A DNA stretch of 63,995 bases, counting the filler, from Stramenopiles sp. TOSAG23-6 (Eukaryota), in assembly GCA_900128565.1 (NCBI GenBank). It is 5 parts of 5 records of this genome, joined end to end, with 100 filler letters (N's around TTAATTAATTAA, not from the genome) between each part and the next. Parts side by side here need not be neighbours in the genome. Positions count along the whole stretch, not along the records: positions 26,807 to 40,058 come from LT636172.1; positions 40,159 to 53,266 come from LT636174.1; 3 more parts are not named here. One strand, 5' to 3'. The notes under the pieces are model-generated. The model saw only the letters and a program-made list of their open reading frames with translations. It did not search any database and was not told the origin of the DNA. Numbering within the stretch: position 1 is the stretch's first letter; every line of letters starts with the position of its first letter. This document shows, piece after piece, positions 32,801 through 46,014 of this stretch. A program made the translations under genes and the position numbers.

Positions 32801-35800
32801 CGAATGGTGCAGCACTCGTTGAATCAACTTTTAATTATCCTTATGGTTTATGTATTGACTGGGAAGGTTCTATCTTTATTTCAGATTGTAATAATCATGC
32901 AATTCGACGATTATATGCAGAAGATAAAGGTTCAATATTAAATAGAGTAGAAACATATGCAGGAGGTAAACATGGTTGGAAGGATGGTACATGTTTAGAT
33001 TCATCATTTAATTTTCCAGCAGGTATTGCAGTTCAAATGGATGGAGTAGTATTTGTTGCAGATTCGAATAATCATTGTATCAGACGCATCAATTATAATG
33101 ATCGAATGGTTACTACATATGCAGGTTCAGCATCTTATCCAGATATTATTGATGGACCAAGTTTTGCTGCGCGCTTTAATCATCCAATAATGTTACAATC
33201 TTTAAAAGACGGTTCTTTACTTGTCGCTGATCGTGATAATGCCACTGTACGCTTAGTGCTTCCTTCTAAGCAAGTGATTACAATATTTACTGGAAGTAAC
33301 TTGAAGAGTTCTCGTAATGGGTCAAAAGTTTTAACTAGAACAAGGAAAGCTATTGGGGTTGGTAAAAAGGTTTCCATTTCTAAAAAGATTTTTTTTTCTA
33401 AACCAAATGCAATTGTCATAGATGTGAACAGAGATTGTTTATATGTTGTTGATAGTCAAAAACATTGTGTTTTTTCATTGACTAGGAAAAAAAGATCATC
33501 AGNTAGCGATAAGAATACTACAATTGGACAAGGTGGAGAAATTATTCCAGATAATAGTAATAATAACATTAATAATAATGATGTTGATTCAAATGTATCT
33601 GTATACACAGATCAATATGAATCATTGAGTTCAATGTCAGATCGAGCTTTAAAGGAATTATTTAATCCAAAACTACAATTTAGAGCCTCATCTGATCCTC
33701 GTATTTCTGACGCTGGAGTTCGTTTAATAGAAACCTTAATACAAAGAACATCAATGGGTACTGCAGTTAGACATGCAAGAGGACCACGAAATCCATCTAG
33801 AGAAGCTGACTCGAACTTCAATAGAGGACAGTCGCATTCTCGTGGCACAGGATTTCCTAGAATGATATCGTCTCATTTATCACGAGATCCATTGTCAGAT
33901 GTATCTACTCCACCTTCTGGGCATTATGTCCGGGTAAGCAGTGAAGAATCTTCCGCTGATCATGATGCTGCTGTGGCAATAAGGAATGCTAGAAGAGATG
34001 AACTTGCGACAAATCTTTCTAGTCTTGGATTTGGTTTCAGCAAAGAAATGTGTCGGCAAGCGCTCATTCGAAATGCAGATAATCCGGATGCGGCATGTGA
34101 ATGGATGATGATGGGTGGGCCTGAAGTTGATGCAGTTCGTGTTCGCGTAGATATGAAGGAGTCTGCAGATCGTGCAATTCGCGAATCAGCTGAATCTACT
34201 GTGAAAGAATCTGAGACAAAGACCAAAACTGATACTGATACAGAGGAAAATACTGAGACAAAGACCAAATCTGATAATACTGTTACAGAGGAAAATACTG
34301 AGACAAAGACCAAATCTGATAATACTGATGCAAAGCAAAATACAGAGACAAAGACCAAATCTGATAATACTGATGCAAAGGAAAATACAGAGACAAAGAC
34401 CAAATCTGATAATAATGTTACAGAGGAAAATACTGAGACAAAGACCAAATCTGATAATACTGATGCAAGGGAAAATACTGAGACAAAGACCAAATCTGAT
34501 AATACTGATACAAAGGAAAATACTGAGACAAAGACGGGCGGCGAGACCAAAGCAAATATGACCAACACTGCATCAGACTCATCAATTGAACCAATAATTG
34601 CTTCAGGTAATATGGCATCTACCAGTATTCAGAATCTAGTCACTGAGAATATAGACGACGTATCCTCTGATTTATCGTCAGTTACAGTATCTACTGAACG
34701 TGATTTACCCTCAGTTACAGTAGCTGCTGAACATGACACTAAAACAAAATCTCCTTCCTCAAACGACCACGAATCTACAGTAATGTTTACTACACCAAAC
34801 ACAAGTGAAGCATGTACTCCAACCGAATCACCCGTTATATTTTTATATTCACCTGTTGATCAATACTTAAAGGAGCATAGAACATTACCCGCTACCAAGT
34901 CAGAAGCTGGAATACAGTCAACAGAAAATACTATATCGAATAATAATAATGTACAAATTAAAACCAATAACATCGATTTAATATCCTCTGAAAATGTAAA
35001 AGTCAATAACATCGATTTAATATCCTCTGAAAATGTAAAAGTTAGTGTTGATAATATCACTCGAAAGGCTGTTTCCGCTGCATCCAATTCTAGATCAAAT
35101 ATAGATGTTCTGCATCCTTCTCATCTGCCACCTCCTCCATTAATTTTTAAAGGGTACCAAAATATAGAAATGACGAAACATATACCAGACGATTCTCCCG
35201 CCGTTCAATTAATTGACACAAGTGTACATCTTCGAGGAAGCTGTGATATTTCTAGTGAGCCTATGTTTGTTTGGACAAAATCGTTAGGTGGATCTAGCAT
35301 TGAGATATCAGATGATTTACTGAGCGCGACTTCTCTAAGTTCATCGAGATCAATTGTTCTTGGATCTCGTGGGTTTGATCGGGGGATTCATTATTGGGAA
35401 ATTAAAATTGATAAATGTGATTTTGGTACTGCATTTATTGGTGTTGCTGAAAAAACAGCTAGTTGGCAATTGAGTTCTTGGCGTGATTATGGTTTTGTAA
35501 ATTACAGATGTAAATATAATCGTACTGGTGAACATTTATATGGTAAATTTTATAGTGCAGGAGATACTGTTGGTGTTCTACTAGATATGAATAAAGGAAC
35601 TATATCATATACTAAATTGGGCCATGGCATGAGTTTAGGTAGACATGCTTTGATTAATATGGGTGTTGCTGATACTCATATTCGAACTGGAACGTCCAGC
35701 AATTCTTGGAGAAACAAATCTAGACTCTCGTGTAAATTATTTCCGTGTGTTGGTTTTGCACAAGTCGGACACAGAGCCACTTTAAAGAATTGCAATTGGT

Positions 35801-38673
35801 TGTCACTACCAGGTCAGCGACCAAGAAATTTGATACAAAGTTTATGGGAAGCTGCTGCATTGACATATCAGTGGGACAGAAGAGAATCAATTGGAGAGAT
35901 TACTTATCAATTCTCTGATAGTAAATCGGAACTCGATTTGTCGTCTCCAGTTGAAGTGAAATCTACGGATAAAGAAAAAATCTCAAATAAATTAACCAAG
36001 AGATTTTTGTCCCCAACTCTTACAGAATCATTTATAAAAGAAGCGTATATTCGATGGCAACGATGGGTTGGCCAAAGATGGAAAAGAACTCGCACACTGT
36101 CGGGTGGTTCTATAATGATTGATACAGATCCTGCAGAATGTGTTCGAGTATCCAGAGGACGCCTTCGTATAGGAGATTTAGTGAAAATTCCACGTGCTGA
36201 TACTGTCGTTATTGGGACGTATCGTGGATGTATATGGTTTACAGCTGTGAATAGTGTTCCTGCATTGGTTGATTGCGAGGATTGGGCATGGTACTGGACA
36301 CCTCGTCAGATTATAGAAGGTTTAAAATCTGAAGATTTGCGCATCATTGTAAAGGATGAAGATCAAAAAAAGAAAGAATCGTCTAGTAAAAGTAGTGATG
36401 ATTCCAGTAATGACAATGAAGAAGAAAATAGTCAAGATAATGGAAGCATCCCCAATAATGTCTTGATTGATGCTTCTCATAGTTGCCAAGATGAAAGTAG
36501 TCAAAGTACTACAAGTATAAATAGTAATACGACTGATGATGAGAGTACTGTAACTAATGATGAGGAAGAAACTACCATTGAGTTGGTATCAACAGAAATG
36601 AAATCTAATGATGAAGATTTGTACACTGCAATTGCGCTTGCTCGAAAGGAACGCCTGGAGGCTTCATCACTTTCAGAATTTAAAAATGTGTTACTCGGAA
36701 GCGGCCCTATTGGTCCTAACGGTAGCTGTAAGAATCAATGGACGGATCATGAAGATTCAACCCTCGTGACTTTAATTAATAAGGCTTGTAATGATGAAGG
36801 TGTTGATGCGTCGAATTTAACGCTTCAATTTCTTCGTGGTGATGCTGCTAATAGTAACGATAATATTGTCGGTGCAAAGGTAGATCGTGGACGTGAAACT
36901 TTACTAGAGAGACATTCACAAATCGACATTGAAGCTCGATTCGCCTTACTTTTAGTACTGAATGATCGATGGGCGTTAGGTCTTCCGCTTATAGACTTCA
37001 AAGCATCTCGATTTAATGAACTACCGCTTCAATCAGATTACCAATCGCCGACAACAATGCTATCATCAACAATGATACATCCAGCACGAGTCATGTTTGG
37101 TGGCATTCAATGCTTCAGTGCAATTGGCCGTGCTGTCACTTTTCATCGAAATCTTATTTTCACGCGAACGAAATTACTTTTATGGCATGACGTCATTGAT
37201 GCAACGACAGTGGCAACAACACCACCTCAAGATGAATGGGAAAGGCCAAACCAAATTCCAGAAATTACTGTTAATCGCATTTCTGCAAATGCACTTACTC
37301 TGGGGCGATTACCCTTTAACAAACGAATATCTAGAACAGTGTTTGGTCAATTGATGCAAAGTTTATCATCACAGTCTGTTAAACTTTTGAGGAGATCATT
37401 TTCTCATGTATCAGACGCTGGTCAACATCGTGCATTTTTCTTAAACTTTGAAGGAGAAGGTGTACTTGATCACGGCGGACCTTATCGTGCAATCTTTCAG
37501 ATCATGTGTGATGAAGCATGTGGCGTTTTACGTCTTTTAGAACTAGTGCCAAATGGAAGAAATCGAACTGGATCAAATCGAGATAAATTTCTGTTTAGTT
37601 CTCAACAAAATCCCTCGAAAGACATTTTGGATTCTATCTCAAAGAACAGTTCTAGAAGTAATACTCCAGTATCTATACTCCACGAAGTAACATCCATAAA
37701 TACACCAAATTTGACCATAGATGCATCACCTTCTGATTCCACAGTTAGTAAATCTCCAAAGGGAGTTCCTTTACTTGATCAGATTCGTTTCCTTGGCGCT
37801 TTGGTGGCTTTAGGTCATCGTCATCGTATGATGGTTTCACTTAATTTTGCATCTCTTGTATGGCGGTCGTTAGTTTGGCTTCCGATTACAGAAGATGATC
37901 TGAGTGCATCGGATTATCCACTTGTTGCTGCCTTACGCCGTGTGCGCCACATTGCGGCTCCCTATGATGATGTTGATGAGGACATCACAGATACAATGTA
38001 TCAACTGTTGGGATCAGATTATCCTGAAGTTGTGAGTGAAATCTGTGGACGTGAGATCAGCACTACATGTTTAGAACGGGACAGTGACGATGAACTTGTT
38101 TACACCCCAGCAACATTTCAAAATAGACACAAATTTGTTCGTGCAATAATGCGTCGACGGCTTCGATCTCAAGAAGAACAAATTGCCGCATTTAGTGAAG
38201 GATTAAGTATTTCAATGCCGATCGAATTATTACCAATTTTCACGTCCGAAGAAGCTGAAAGGCTCATATGCGGTGTTCCACGAATTGATATAGAATTATT
38301 ACGTAAGGTCACTCAATATGAAGAAGGAGTAGATTCTCAAGCGAGTCATGTGAAATTCTTTTGGACAGTTTTAGAAGAAATGTCACATGAGGAAAGAGCT
38401 AAATTTATTCAGTTTACATGGGCCCGGAGTCGTTTACCCATTTCTGCGGATAATTTTTCTATGCCTTTTAAGATTACAAATCCAACCGCAGCAGCGCGNA
38501 ATCAACCCGATTTACATTTGCCAACGTCCCAAACTTGTTTCTTTTCTTTATCTTTGCCTCCTTACACATCTCTTGAAATTTGTCGAGCAAAGTTAATTTA
38601 TGCCATCAATAATTCACCTACGATGGATGCTGATGTGATTGAAAGAAGTGCAGGAGGGTTCGAAGAAGTATAG
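26809..38673 (+). CDS. Giant HECT E3 ubiquitin ligase with LamG-like, four SPRY, WW, NHL-repeat and UBA domains; 5'-truncated; at least 7 exons
   Basis: Six family introns join the ORFs in frame. SPRY GDTVGVxLD/GDVI motifs, WW (WSIN..PYYYN..STWIRP), NHL (IADxxNHCIR), UBA (ALIRNADNPDAACEW), HECT (FEGEGVLDHGGPYR..FTWARSRLP..LPTSQTCFFSLSLPPY). The 5' limit is uncertain. Confidence 0.9.
28981..29073 (+). other. Family intron, GT..AT (93 nt)
   Basis: AAT|GTACGT...CACAATACAT|AGC; an AG 2 nt downstream would frameshift. Confidence 0.85.
30024..30122 (+). other. Family intron, GT..AT (99 nt, stop-free 3n)
   Basis: TCT GT|GTATGT...TACCTAAC...CACAATGTAT|G TGT. Confidence 0.75.
30187..30289 (+). other. 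Family intron, GT..AT (103 nt)
   Basis: GAT|GTATGT...CCAAAAGTCAAT|AAG; an AAG 3 nt downstream is also in frame. Confidence 0.7.
31103..31212 (+). other. Diverged family intron, GT..AT (110 nt)
   Basis: AAA AAT|GTATGT...ACTAAT...CAGAANACAT|GGA; restores SPRY SFLKN-GVDSGVLF. Confidence 0.85.
32008..32103 (+). other. Family intron, GT..AT (96 nt)
   Basis: ACA|GTATGT...GTACTTAAC...CACAATATAT|ACT; in frame into the WW exon. Confidence 0.8.
32526..32633 (+). other. Family intron, GT..AT (108 nt)
   Basis: GAT AT|GTACGT...CACNATACAT|T TTC; restores NHL DGDIFIADQDNHCIRKI. Confidence 0.9.
34246..34535 (+). repeat. Coding minisatellite, 45 bp x about 6.5 (ENTETKTKSDNTDAK)
   Basis: Units start at 34246, 34291, 34336, 34381, 34426, 34471, 34516. 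Confidence 0.92.
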
Positions 38674-38751
38674 TTTCATTCTATTGTCAAATGTTTCTAG
38701 CATTNTATTGAAAATAATTTAAAAATAAATCGTAAAATTATTATTTTTTAA

Positions 38752-39977
38752 TTAGAAAAAAACATTTGAAACATTACTAATTGAACGTTGTCGTTTATGT
38801 TGTCTTGATGGCGCTGATAGAAACGTTTTTTCCACATTCATTGTATCAATATTTACTACCATCTGATTTTTCAATTGTGGTTTAGGAAGTATTGCTTGTG
38901 TTTGGTTTTCATTAAATTTTTCACCAATGTGCTCTTTTGAAAAATCCGAGTCATTTGACACTTTTAGCATCATTGATAATGTTTTATGTAATGAAATACA
39001 AGCCTGTTTTGAAATGCTTGCAGCTTTGGCATTGGCGACACAAGATTGTGTCGTATATTCTATGTTTTGGTTTTCACAATTCCAAATTTTATCCCAGATT
39101 GAATTCCATTTTATTTTGTACTTTTCATTCTCCACACTAGATATGACATTTCTAACATTCAACAAAATCGCAAGACGAAGGCGTAATGCTGGGAGTTTCT
39201 TTTGCTTCGATAAAAAAGGCAATCGGCCAAGTGCATATTCAACAGCATCCAACAACAATGGACAGTTCCAACAAATATCATCTGCAAGTTCATCAAGAAC
39301 GAGACACAATGTCGAATACACTTTTTCTTGATTCTCTTTACTTTGTATATTCGCATTATCAGGGAGTTCTTTACTTTGTACATTTCTACTATCAGGGAGT
39401 ATGTGCAAGATGTCTATTATTGAACGAAAACTCATTGAAATAGCTTTATCCATCCAAGTAATGGATCTCTGTAAATAAATATTTTGACTTATTTTGTTGC
39501 CAATAGTACTTCTCATTGTACGTCGGGATAATGTCTTAATTAGGACAACCGATCTGCGTGGAATATTCATTATATAAACAAATGGGTTTAACCAAGCAGA
39601 ATATAGATTAATTGTTTTACACAATACTTCTAGTGCATTGCTTCGATTATTTAGCAATTTTTCACCTACAAAATTTGACTTTTTCGCAATATCACCATTG
39701 ATATCATTCACATCAACATTAATGACGGAACGTTCAAGTTCATATAAAGAATTATTAAAATTTTCTTGATCAACTACATTTGCTGCATTTAGCACAGATG
39801 TCAAAAGAACATTTGTTAACGACAATAAGTCAGGAACTTTGTCACTTACATCTTTTCTAGTTAAATGTGATTTCTTTCTACCATTTTGTCTATTATTATT
39901 TTGATCAACACACATAAATATTTCCGTAGATTTCGTGAGACCCAAATAGTCGTCAATAATCGTCTTCAAACGATCAT
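38752..39977 (-). CDS. Hypothetical alpha-helical protein, last exon only (5'-truncated)
   Basis: 405-aa ORF directly downstream of a family intron end. Confidence 0.65.
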
Positions 39978-40058
39978 ATGTATTTTGGAAAAATATTTCA
40001 AAAAAAATCTAAAAAAAATTGATAGGTACAAAATTTACTATAAAAAAAAAATTCGATT
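39978..40058 (-). other. Family intron 3' part (..AT), truncated by gap
   Basis: TTTTGTACCTATC...TTTCCAAAATACAT|AT GAT. Confidence 0.8.
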
Positions 40059-40158
40059 NNNNNNNNNNNNNNNNNNNNNNNNNNNNNNNNNNNNNNNNNN
40101 NNTTAATTAATTAANNNNNNNNNNNNNNNNNNNNNNNNNNNNNNNNNNNNNNNNNNNN
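40059..40158. other. Artificial contig linker / assembly gap
   Basis: N-TTAATTAATTAA-N, 100 nt. Confidence 0.97.
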
Positions 40159-40189
40159 TTATTTAAAAAATTGTGAAGTTGAACACCAG

Positions 40190-40470
40190 GAGGAATAGCT
40201 TTGGTTTATATTGCCACAGGTGAGTTTACGCCTGCCCAAGAAAATTTGCTTTTACAGGCATTTCAAGTAATTGATAAAGAAAATAAAGGCTGGATAGCAA
40301 CAGATACACTTCGTGAACTTTTGACTCAAAAGGGAACAAAATTTCGTGAGAAAGANCTCGACGAAATGATTTCATTGGTTAAAGATCCAGAAACTGGTAG
40401 AGTATACTATGAAGATTATATCTCAATTATATCCTCTGATGTCGAGGCTGCTCGAAATTGGCAGAAATGA
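40190..40470 (+). CDS. EF-hand protein, EFCAB2/DRC8-like, last exon
   Basis: ENLLLQAFQVIDKENKGWI..LLTQKGTKF..EMISLVKDPETGRVYYEDYI; probably follows a CAG acceptor at 40189. Confidence 0.75.
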
Positions 40471-40762
40471 AAAAAAAAATATCCCTTTAATTGTAGAGAC
40501 TGTAGACTAATAGTAATAGTTTGAACTATAAAAAATTCTCTTATAGAAATGATACATTGTCAAAAAATACAGAATATATTTACAATAAATAAATAAAATA
40601 CATAATGCTAATATATAAATAATATTTACTGGGAATTTGCAAAATAACTTAAATAAGATGGGTTAGGATTAGAGTTGGTAGTACACCAAATGTATACAAA
40701 ATCGGTACGGGTTCCCCCCAGGTTTCGTGTCGTTTTGCATGTGTCATGTATACACATACATC

Positions 40763-43176
40763 TTACTTGGATTTTCCATTAGAAAAATTTTCATACCATT
40801 CAATATCCTGAGCTGAAATTCCTGCATTCATTTCTTTCGCTGTTTTTTCAAAATGACGCATTAAAACTTTTTCTGCTTTAATATTTTCTCTGAGGGCAGA
40901 AATCGTAGCTTCTTTACAGATGCTTTTTATCTCTGCTCCAGTGAGTTTTTTATCAATACAAATTTGAGCAATTTGTTTTAAATCAACATCTTCACCAATT
41001 GGAATATTTTTAGTATGAATTTGAAGAATGGCTAGTGATCCAGAATAATCTGGTGGTGGAACATAAATGACTTGATCGAAACGACCAGGGCGCATTAGAG
41101 CTGCATCGATCATTTCAGGTCGATTTGTTGCACCCACAATGTATAGTGAAAAATATTTCAAAAATTTGAAATTCATTAGGTACAAAATTTCGTAAGAAAA
41201 AAAAGTAAATTCGAAATTAGTAATGAAAACGTACATGAGTAAACCTTCAGTTTGTTCAATGCCATCCATTTCATTTAATAATGTTGAAAGAATTCTCATT
41301 TGAACACGGCCATCACCACCACTTTGACTTCGTTTTCCAACTAAAGCTTCATGTAGGTGAAAAAATATTTAAAAAAAAAATCATTAGGTACGGAATTTTC
41401 TATTTAAAAAAAAATCAGAGTAAAAAATTAATTATGAAAACATACAAGTTCATCAAGAAACAAAATTGCTGGTAAAGCCAATCGTGCACGTTTAAATACT
41501 CGACGTATACAAGCTTCCGATTCACCAACAAAAGCTGAATATATTTGAGCACCAGAAAGCGAAAGAAATGTATTGTGAAAAAATATTTAAAAAAAATCGT
41601 TAGGTACAAAATTTACTATAAAACAAAATTAGATAAAACATTGAAATGAAAACGTACAAGTAGCATTTGATGCAGACGCTGCAGCACGAACTAATGTAGT
41701 TTTGCAGCATCCCGGAGGACCATATAACAGTACACCTCTGGAGGGTCTAAGTCCCATATAAGAAAAAACATCAGAGTGTTGTAGTGGCCATTCAACAGCT
41801 TGTTTCAATTGTAATTTTACTTTAGATAGTCCACCAACGTCATGTATTTTGGAAAAATATTTCAAAAAACATTTGTTAGGTACGAAATTGCGTACGAAAA
41901 AAAAATTCGGATGTGAAAAAAATAAAACGAACATCCCACTGTACCTTGGATGGTTGTATAGCATGACCTCGAAGAAGTGATGCACCTACATTTTCTGCAG
42001 CATCGTGAAGATCTTTAGGAGATGCAAGTATAACATTTGATTTTTGTATACTATGAGAATCAATATTGTTTATAGTACTATTTGTACTATGAATTGCATC
42101 TGCTGCCCGGGAAACACAAATCATTGCTAATTCCCTAGCCAGTGCAAGTAAATCTGCATGAACATATCCAATACAATGTTTTGCGGCAAATTCGGCTATT
42201 TTTCCCTTTTTAGCTATTTTATTCTTTGTATTTTTGTTGTATGTAGCAGCAATACATTCTTTTAATTTATCTGTCTTATTCTGGTTAGGGTTGGGGTTAG
42301 AGAACATTCCCTCTTCAACGGGAATATGTCTACAATAATGTTCTAAAAGAATAGATCGTTCATGTATTGTAAAAAAAAAAATGGTTTACATTGTTTTGTT
42401 AGGTACAAAAGTTGGTACGAAAAAAAAAATAAAATTCGAAATGAATGAAGAAACCATACATCAGGGCCAGGAGGGTCAAGTGCAATTTCTATATCTAATC
42501 GACCAGGTCTTCTTAAAGCAGAATCAACATCGGATACATTATTTGTGGAGGCTACAACAATAACAATACCAAAACTTGTATTTTTTGTGTTGAATATATC
42601 AGAATTTTTTGATGTAGATTGATAGGTTTCAATACCATCAAGTAATGTTAATAAAGTCGCGACTCTTCGTGCAGCAGCCGCATCAGTACGATCCCGATTG
42701 GGGCATAAAATATCAATGCTTTCAATGTGTATGATAGAAATTGCGCCTGGCATTTCAGCATGATGTTTAGCTGATTTAAATACACCACACAAAGCTTCAG
42801 TGGCATCACCAGCACCAGTTTCAACACTTATATCCGCACCATCTACGTGGAATAATTCTACATAAACACCTTTGGTATTTCTACAACAAGACAGAGCTGA
42901 TTGAATTATCGATGATTTTCCAGTGCCTGGTGGACCATGTAACAGGATACCTTTTGTTGGAAATAATTTTAAATCTTTCATCAAATCATTATGAAATATT
43001 GGTAGAAGAATATTGTCTACGAGCTTTTCACATGCGATTGCGTGTGTACCAACCAATGATGACATAGTTTCTTCAACTGTTGGTATATTATTATTATCAT
43101 TATTATTATTATTATTATTATCAGTAGTAGTAGTATCAGTAGTAATGTTGCTATTATTCAATAGAGTATCAGTATC

Positions 43177-43216
<40 letters not shown>

Positions 43217-43221
43217 TTGTT

Positions 43222-43269
<48 letters not shown>

Positions 43270-44430
43270 GTTAGTATTATTAGTAGTAGTAGTGGTAGTG
43301 GTAATATTCATATTATTTAAAACAACATTATATATTTGTAAAAGAGCCACAGTAGATATTTTGTACTTTTTGGCTACAGCAATTACTAATCGTTTTTCCT
43401 TTCCGTTATATTTATGAAGTACAAAATCAACCGTACCAACTTTATTCGGTGCATACTTTTGCCAAATGTGTAATAAAATTAATTTTGCTGTATATTCAGA
43501 AATATTTTCTGGTAACTCTGTGGCATTTTTCATTTCATTAGTTTCACTTGTTTGAGCAATACAGGTATTTGTATTATTTTTTATATACTCAATACGACGA
43601 AGTTTTATAGGTAAAGGATGTGGTGTCCTCCAGTCTATTGTTTTGATTTTATTCTCTGAGTTAACAGTGGCTCCTTCCACAACTGTTATTGTTACAATTG
43701 TTGTTGCTGTTACTTTACATACTTCAATATGACCAAACGATGAAGAGTCCCCAGAAACACTGGAAGCACGAACAACTCTGGAATATCCTGGGAGTGAAAA
43801 TGGTAATTTCAAAATGGAACCAACACAAATGTATAGATTTCGTACACTTTGTATTAAATGAAATTTTACGGATGACATCAAGACACTATCCCATGCCCTA
43901 GCTTGCTGTCGTCGAACAGGGAAAAGTTCAATTTCAATACTAACTGCTTCGTTTGGAGGAGGGTTTATTAGTCCCCAACAAATCCCACTTTGATTAGTTT
44001 CTATATTTGGACAAATACGTATTAGTTCTTTAGTCCATGAGAATGAAAGTTCAACACGTGAACTGACATAGCTGCAACACAAGGATGAATTATTTCCATC
44101 ATCTGTAGTAACATCACACAAACTTTTCTGACTTTGATCACGACAAGGCCAAGAACTGCATATAAAAGCACGCCATCCGCACCCACTACTCGCAATACCT
44201 ATACTATTATGACTATCACTGTCAATCAAAGAAGAGGTTTCCGGAAGAAGTATTAATATAGCTTCACCAACTAATATTGTGTTTTTACTTGACGAAGATG
44301 GGCGCAAACGACAACGACCTCTAAGATAATCACCTGCAGCAGGTAGTTCAAATATTCCAGCGCTTTCATCAGCTACTATTTGATTTCCTCCACGTGCCAC
44401 ATCAACCTGGTACCACCAACGTGAAGTCAT
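40763..44430 (-). CDS. Double-ring AAA+ ATPase, AFG2B/SPATA5L1-like (6 exons)
   Basis: D1 GILLHGPPGTGKS..ALRRPGRLD; D2 VQWDDVGGL, GPPGCCKTTLVRA, FVGESE, FLDELEALVGKR, LLIVGATNRP, ALMRPGRFD; needs 5 family introns. Confidence 0.88.
41139..41234 (-). other. Family intron, GT..AT (96 nt, stop-free 3n)
   Basis: CTC AT|GTACGT...CACTATACAT|T GTG; restores GLLIVGATNRP. Confidence 0.92.
41351..41445 (-). other. Family intron, GT..AT (95 nt)
   Basis: GAA CTT|GTATGT...CACCTACAT|GAA; restores Walker B FLDEL-EAL. Confidence 0.92.
41568..41657 (-). other. Family intron, GT..AT (90 nt)
   Basis: ACT T|GTACGT...CACAATACAT|TT CTT; restores ATFLSLSGAQIYSAFVGESE. Confidence 0.92.
41842..41932 (-). other. Family intron, GT..AT (91 nt)
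   Basis: TGG GAT|GTTCGT...CCAAAATACAT|GAC; restores VQWD-DVGGL. Confidence 0.93.
42362..42459 (-). other. Family intron, GT..AT (98 nt)
   Basis: CCT GAT|GTATGG...ACAATACAT|GAA CGA; restores PPGPD-ERSILL. Confidence 0.88.
43086..43306 (-). repeat. Compound (AAT)n/(ACT)n microsatellite encoding poly-Asn/poly-Thr
   Basis: Long tta/gta runs within the AAA ATPase N-terminal exon. Confidence 0.95.
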
Positions 44431-44903
44431 TTTGTACTCTACAACTAAATTCGGACAACACACTCAAGTAATACACTATAAAACGTATTTTTGACTATAG
44501 AATGTGCGCTACTATTACTTCCCCGATCAAAAAGGAACAAATGAACTTGTAAATGAGCTGAGTTTTGGCTAGGTCTATATAATATATGGTGATGGTGTTT
44601 GGTAGTGTATCTTTACGAAATTTAATTTGACTTGAAGTCGCGGCTGAATCTCAAGAATCTCAAAAAATAAAAAAACACGAAATATACTTGATTAATTTCC
44701 CAAATCATTGAAAAAAAAATCATCTTTTTCTACTTTGTTTTATAGATCTCTCCCCCCTCACTAATTAGAATACATTATGCACGTACAGTACGATAAAGTA
44801 AATCTATAGTAAATCTATTGGAAGACTTTCAGTTCAATTGTATTATATACATTTTTTGATACTGGCAACAAAATTAAGTTATAAACAACTTTTCAGTTGA
44901 GTT

Positions 44904-45752
44904 TTAGTTGAGTGGTATAGTTATATGATGAGTATTACCCATCATTGGACTAAAATGTCGCATCACAATGCTCCCAATTGGGCTACTTTTCATAGTAAAA
45001 TGGCGAATCCCAGCATCACCGTTAAATACGTTATTCATTAATTGCTCAAATGGATCTGTATGTTCTTCCTCCCTTTTTTGTTGTTGTGTTGGTTCATTCA
45101 ACCACTCTGCCATATCCTTCCAGTGTTCATCATCTGAATCTTCTTCATCCTCATCCTCATCATTATCCTGTTTCTTCTTTTTTTGTTCAAAATGTTTGGC
45201 AGCAGCAGCATCCATGGCTTTAACATCTTCTTCATGAGTTGTCGATGTTTCACCTTTCTTTTTATTTGATTTTTCAACTTCACGTTGAACTTGAGAGCGC
45301 AACCATTCTTGCCAAGTTTCTTTTTGTGTACTCAATTTTTCACCATGACTCTTTAAAGTAGAATCATGACTGCTGAGTGACTCCTCGTGTTTCTTTAACT
45401 GCCCTTCATGATCCGAAATTTTATTGTCGAGATATTCTTTGAGCTTTTCGAGTTGTTCGTCAAGTTTGTCTTCATGGTCACCAGGTATCTTTCTTCCTAG
45501 ACGAAAGCTACGATACCTTCTCTTTCCAGTATTCCATCTGACCTTTACGTCCATATGAGAATGTACAACATATATAAAAGCAGCTACGGCACATCCAAGA
45601 AGAACAAAACAAAGGACTTTCGAACGAGAATTTGGTCGCTTTGACGCGAGGTTATTTTGACGCCATTGCTTCGCACGATCTGTCACTGGTGTTACACTTG
45701 ATTCTTTTGTTCGATTGGATGATGTTGCAAGCAAACTACTTGTTGATGACAT
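44904..45752 (-). CDS. Type II membrane coiled-coil protein, unknown function
   Basis: Single TM (VLCFVLLGCAVAAFIYVV), coiled coil, acidic tract. Confidence 0.7.
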   Translation of the reverse strand: MSSTSSLLATSSNRTKESSVTPVTDRAKQWRQNNLASKRPNSRSKVLCFVLLGCAVAAFIYVVHSHMDVKVRWNTGKRRYRSFRLGRKIPGDHEDKLDEQLEKLKEYLDNKISDHEGQLKKHEESLSSHDSTLKSHGEKLSTQKETWQEWLRSQVQREVEKSNKKKGETSTTHEEDVKAMDAAAAKHFEQKKKKQDNDEDEDEEDSDDEHWKDMAEWLNEPTQQQKREEEHTDPFEQLMNNVFNGDAGIRHFTMKSSPIGSIVMRHFSPMMGNTHHITIPLN

Positions 45753-46014
45753 TGCGATTTATCCAATTTCGATCTTCGGATATTAGGAGAATACTCAGGA
45801 ACACACAGAGAATATTCCGGCCGGATATGCTGCAGGAGCAAAAATAATTGCTCCTCCACACGAAAAATCCAACTTTTGAAATCTGAAAAAATTAATCAGA
45901 CCGAACAAACCATTTTTTTTGCTGTCATTTTTTCTTGTTATTAGGACGATTTTTCTTGTGCAAGTTTTCACAGAATCATCATAATTCAATCTAAATCTAA
46001 TCTTAGATAGGAAA

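Noticed and set aside
33960-34568. Antisense ORFs over repeats (also 9905-10354, 43013-43417, 63454-63990)
   Set aside because: Shadows of repetitive coding sequence on the opposite strand.
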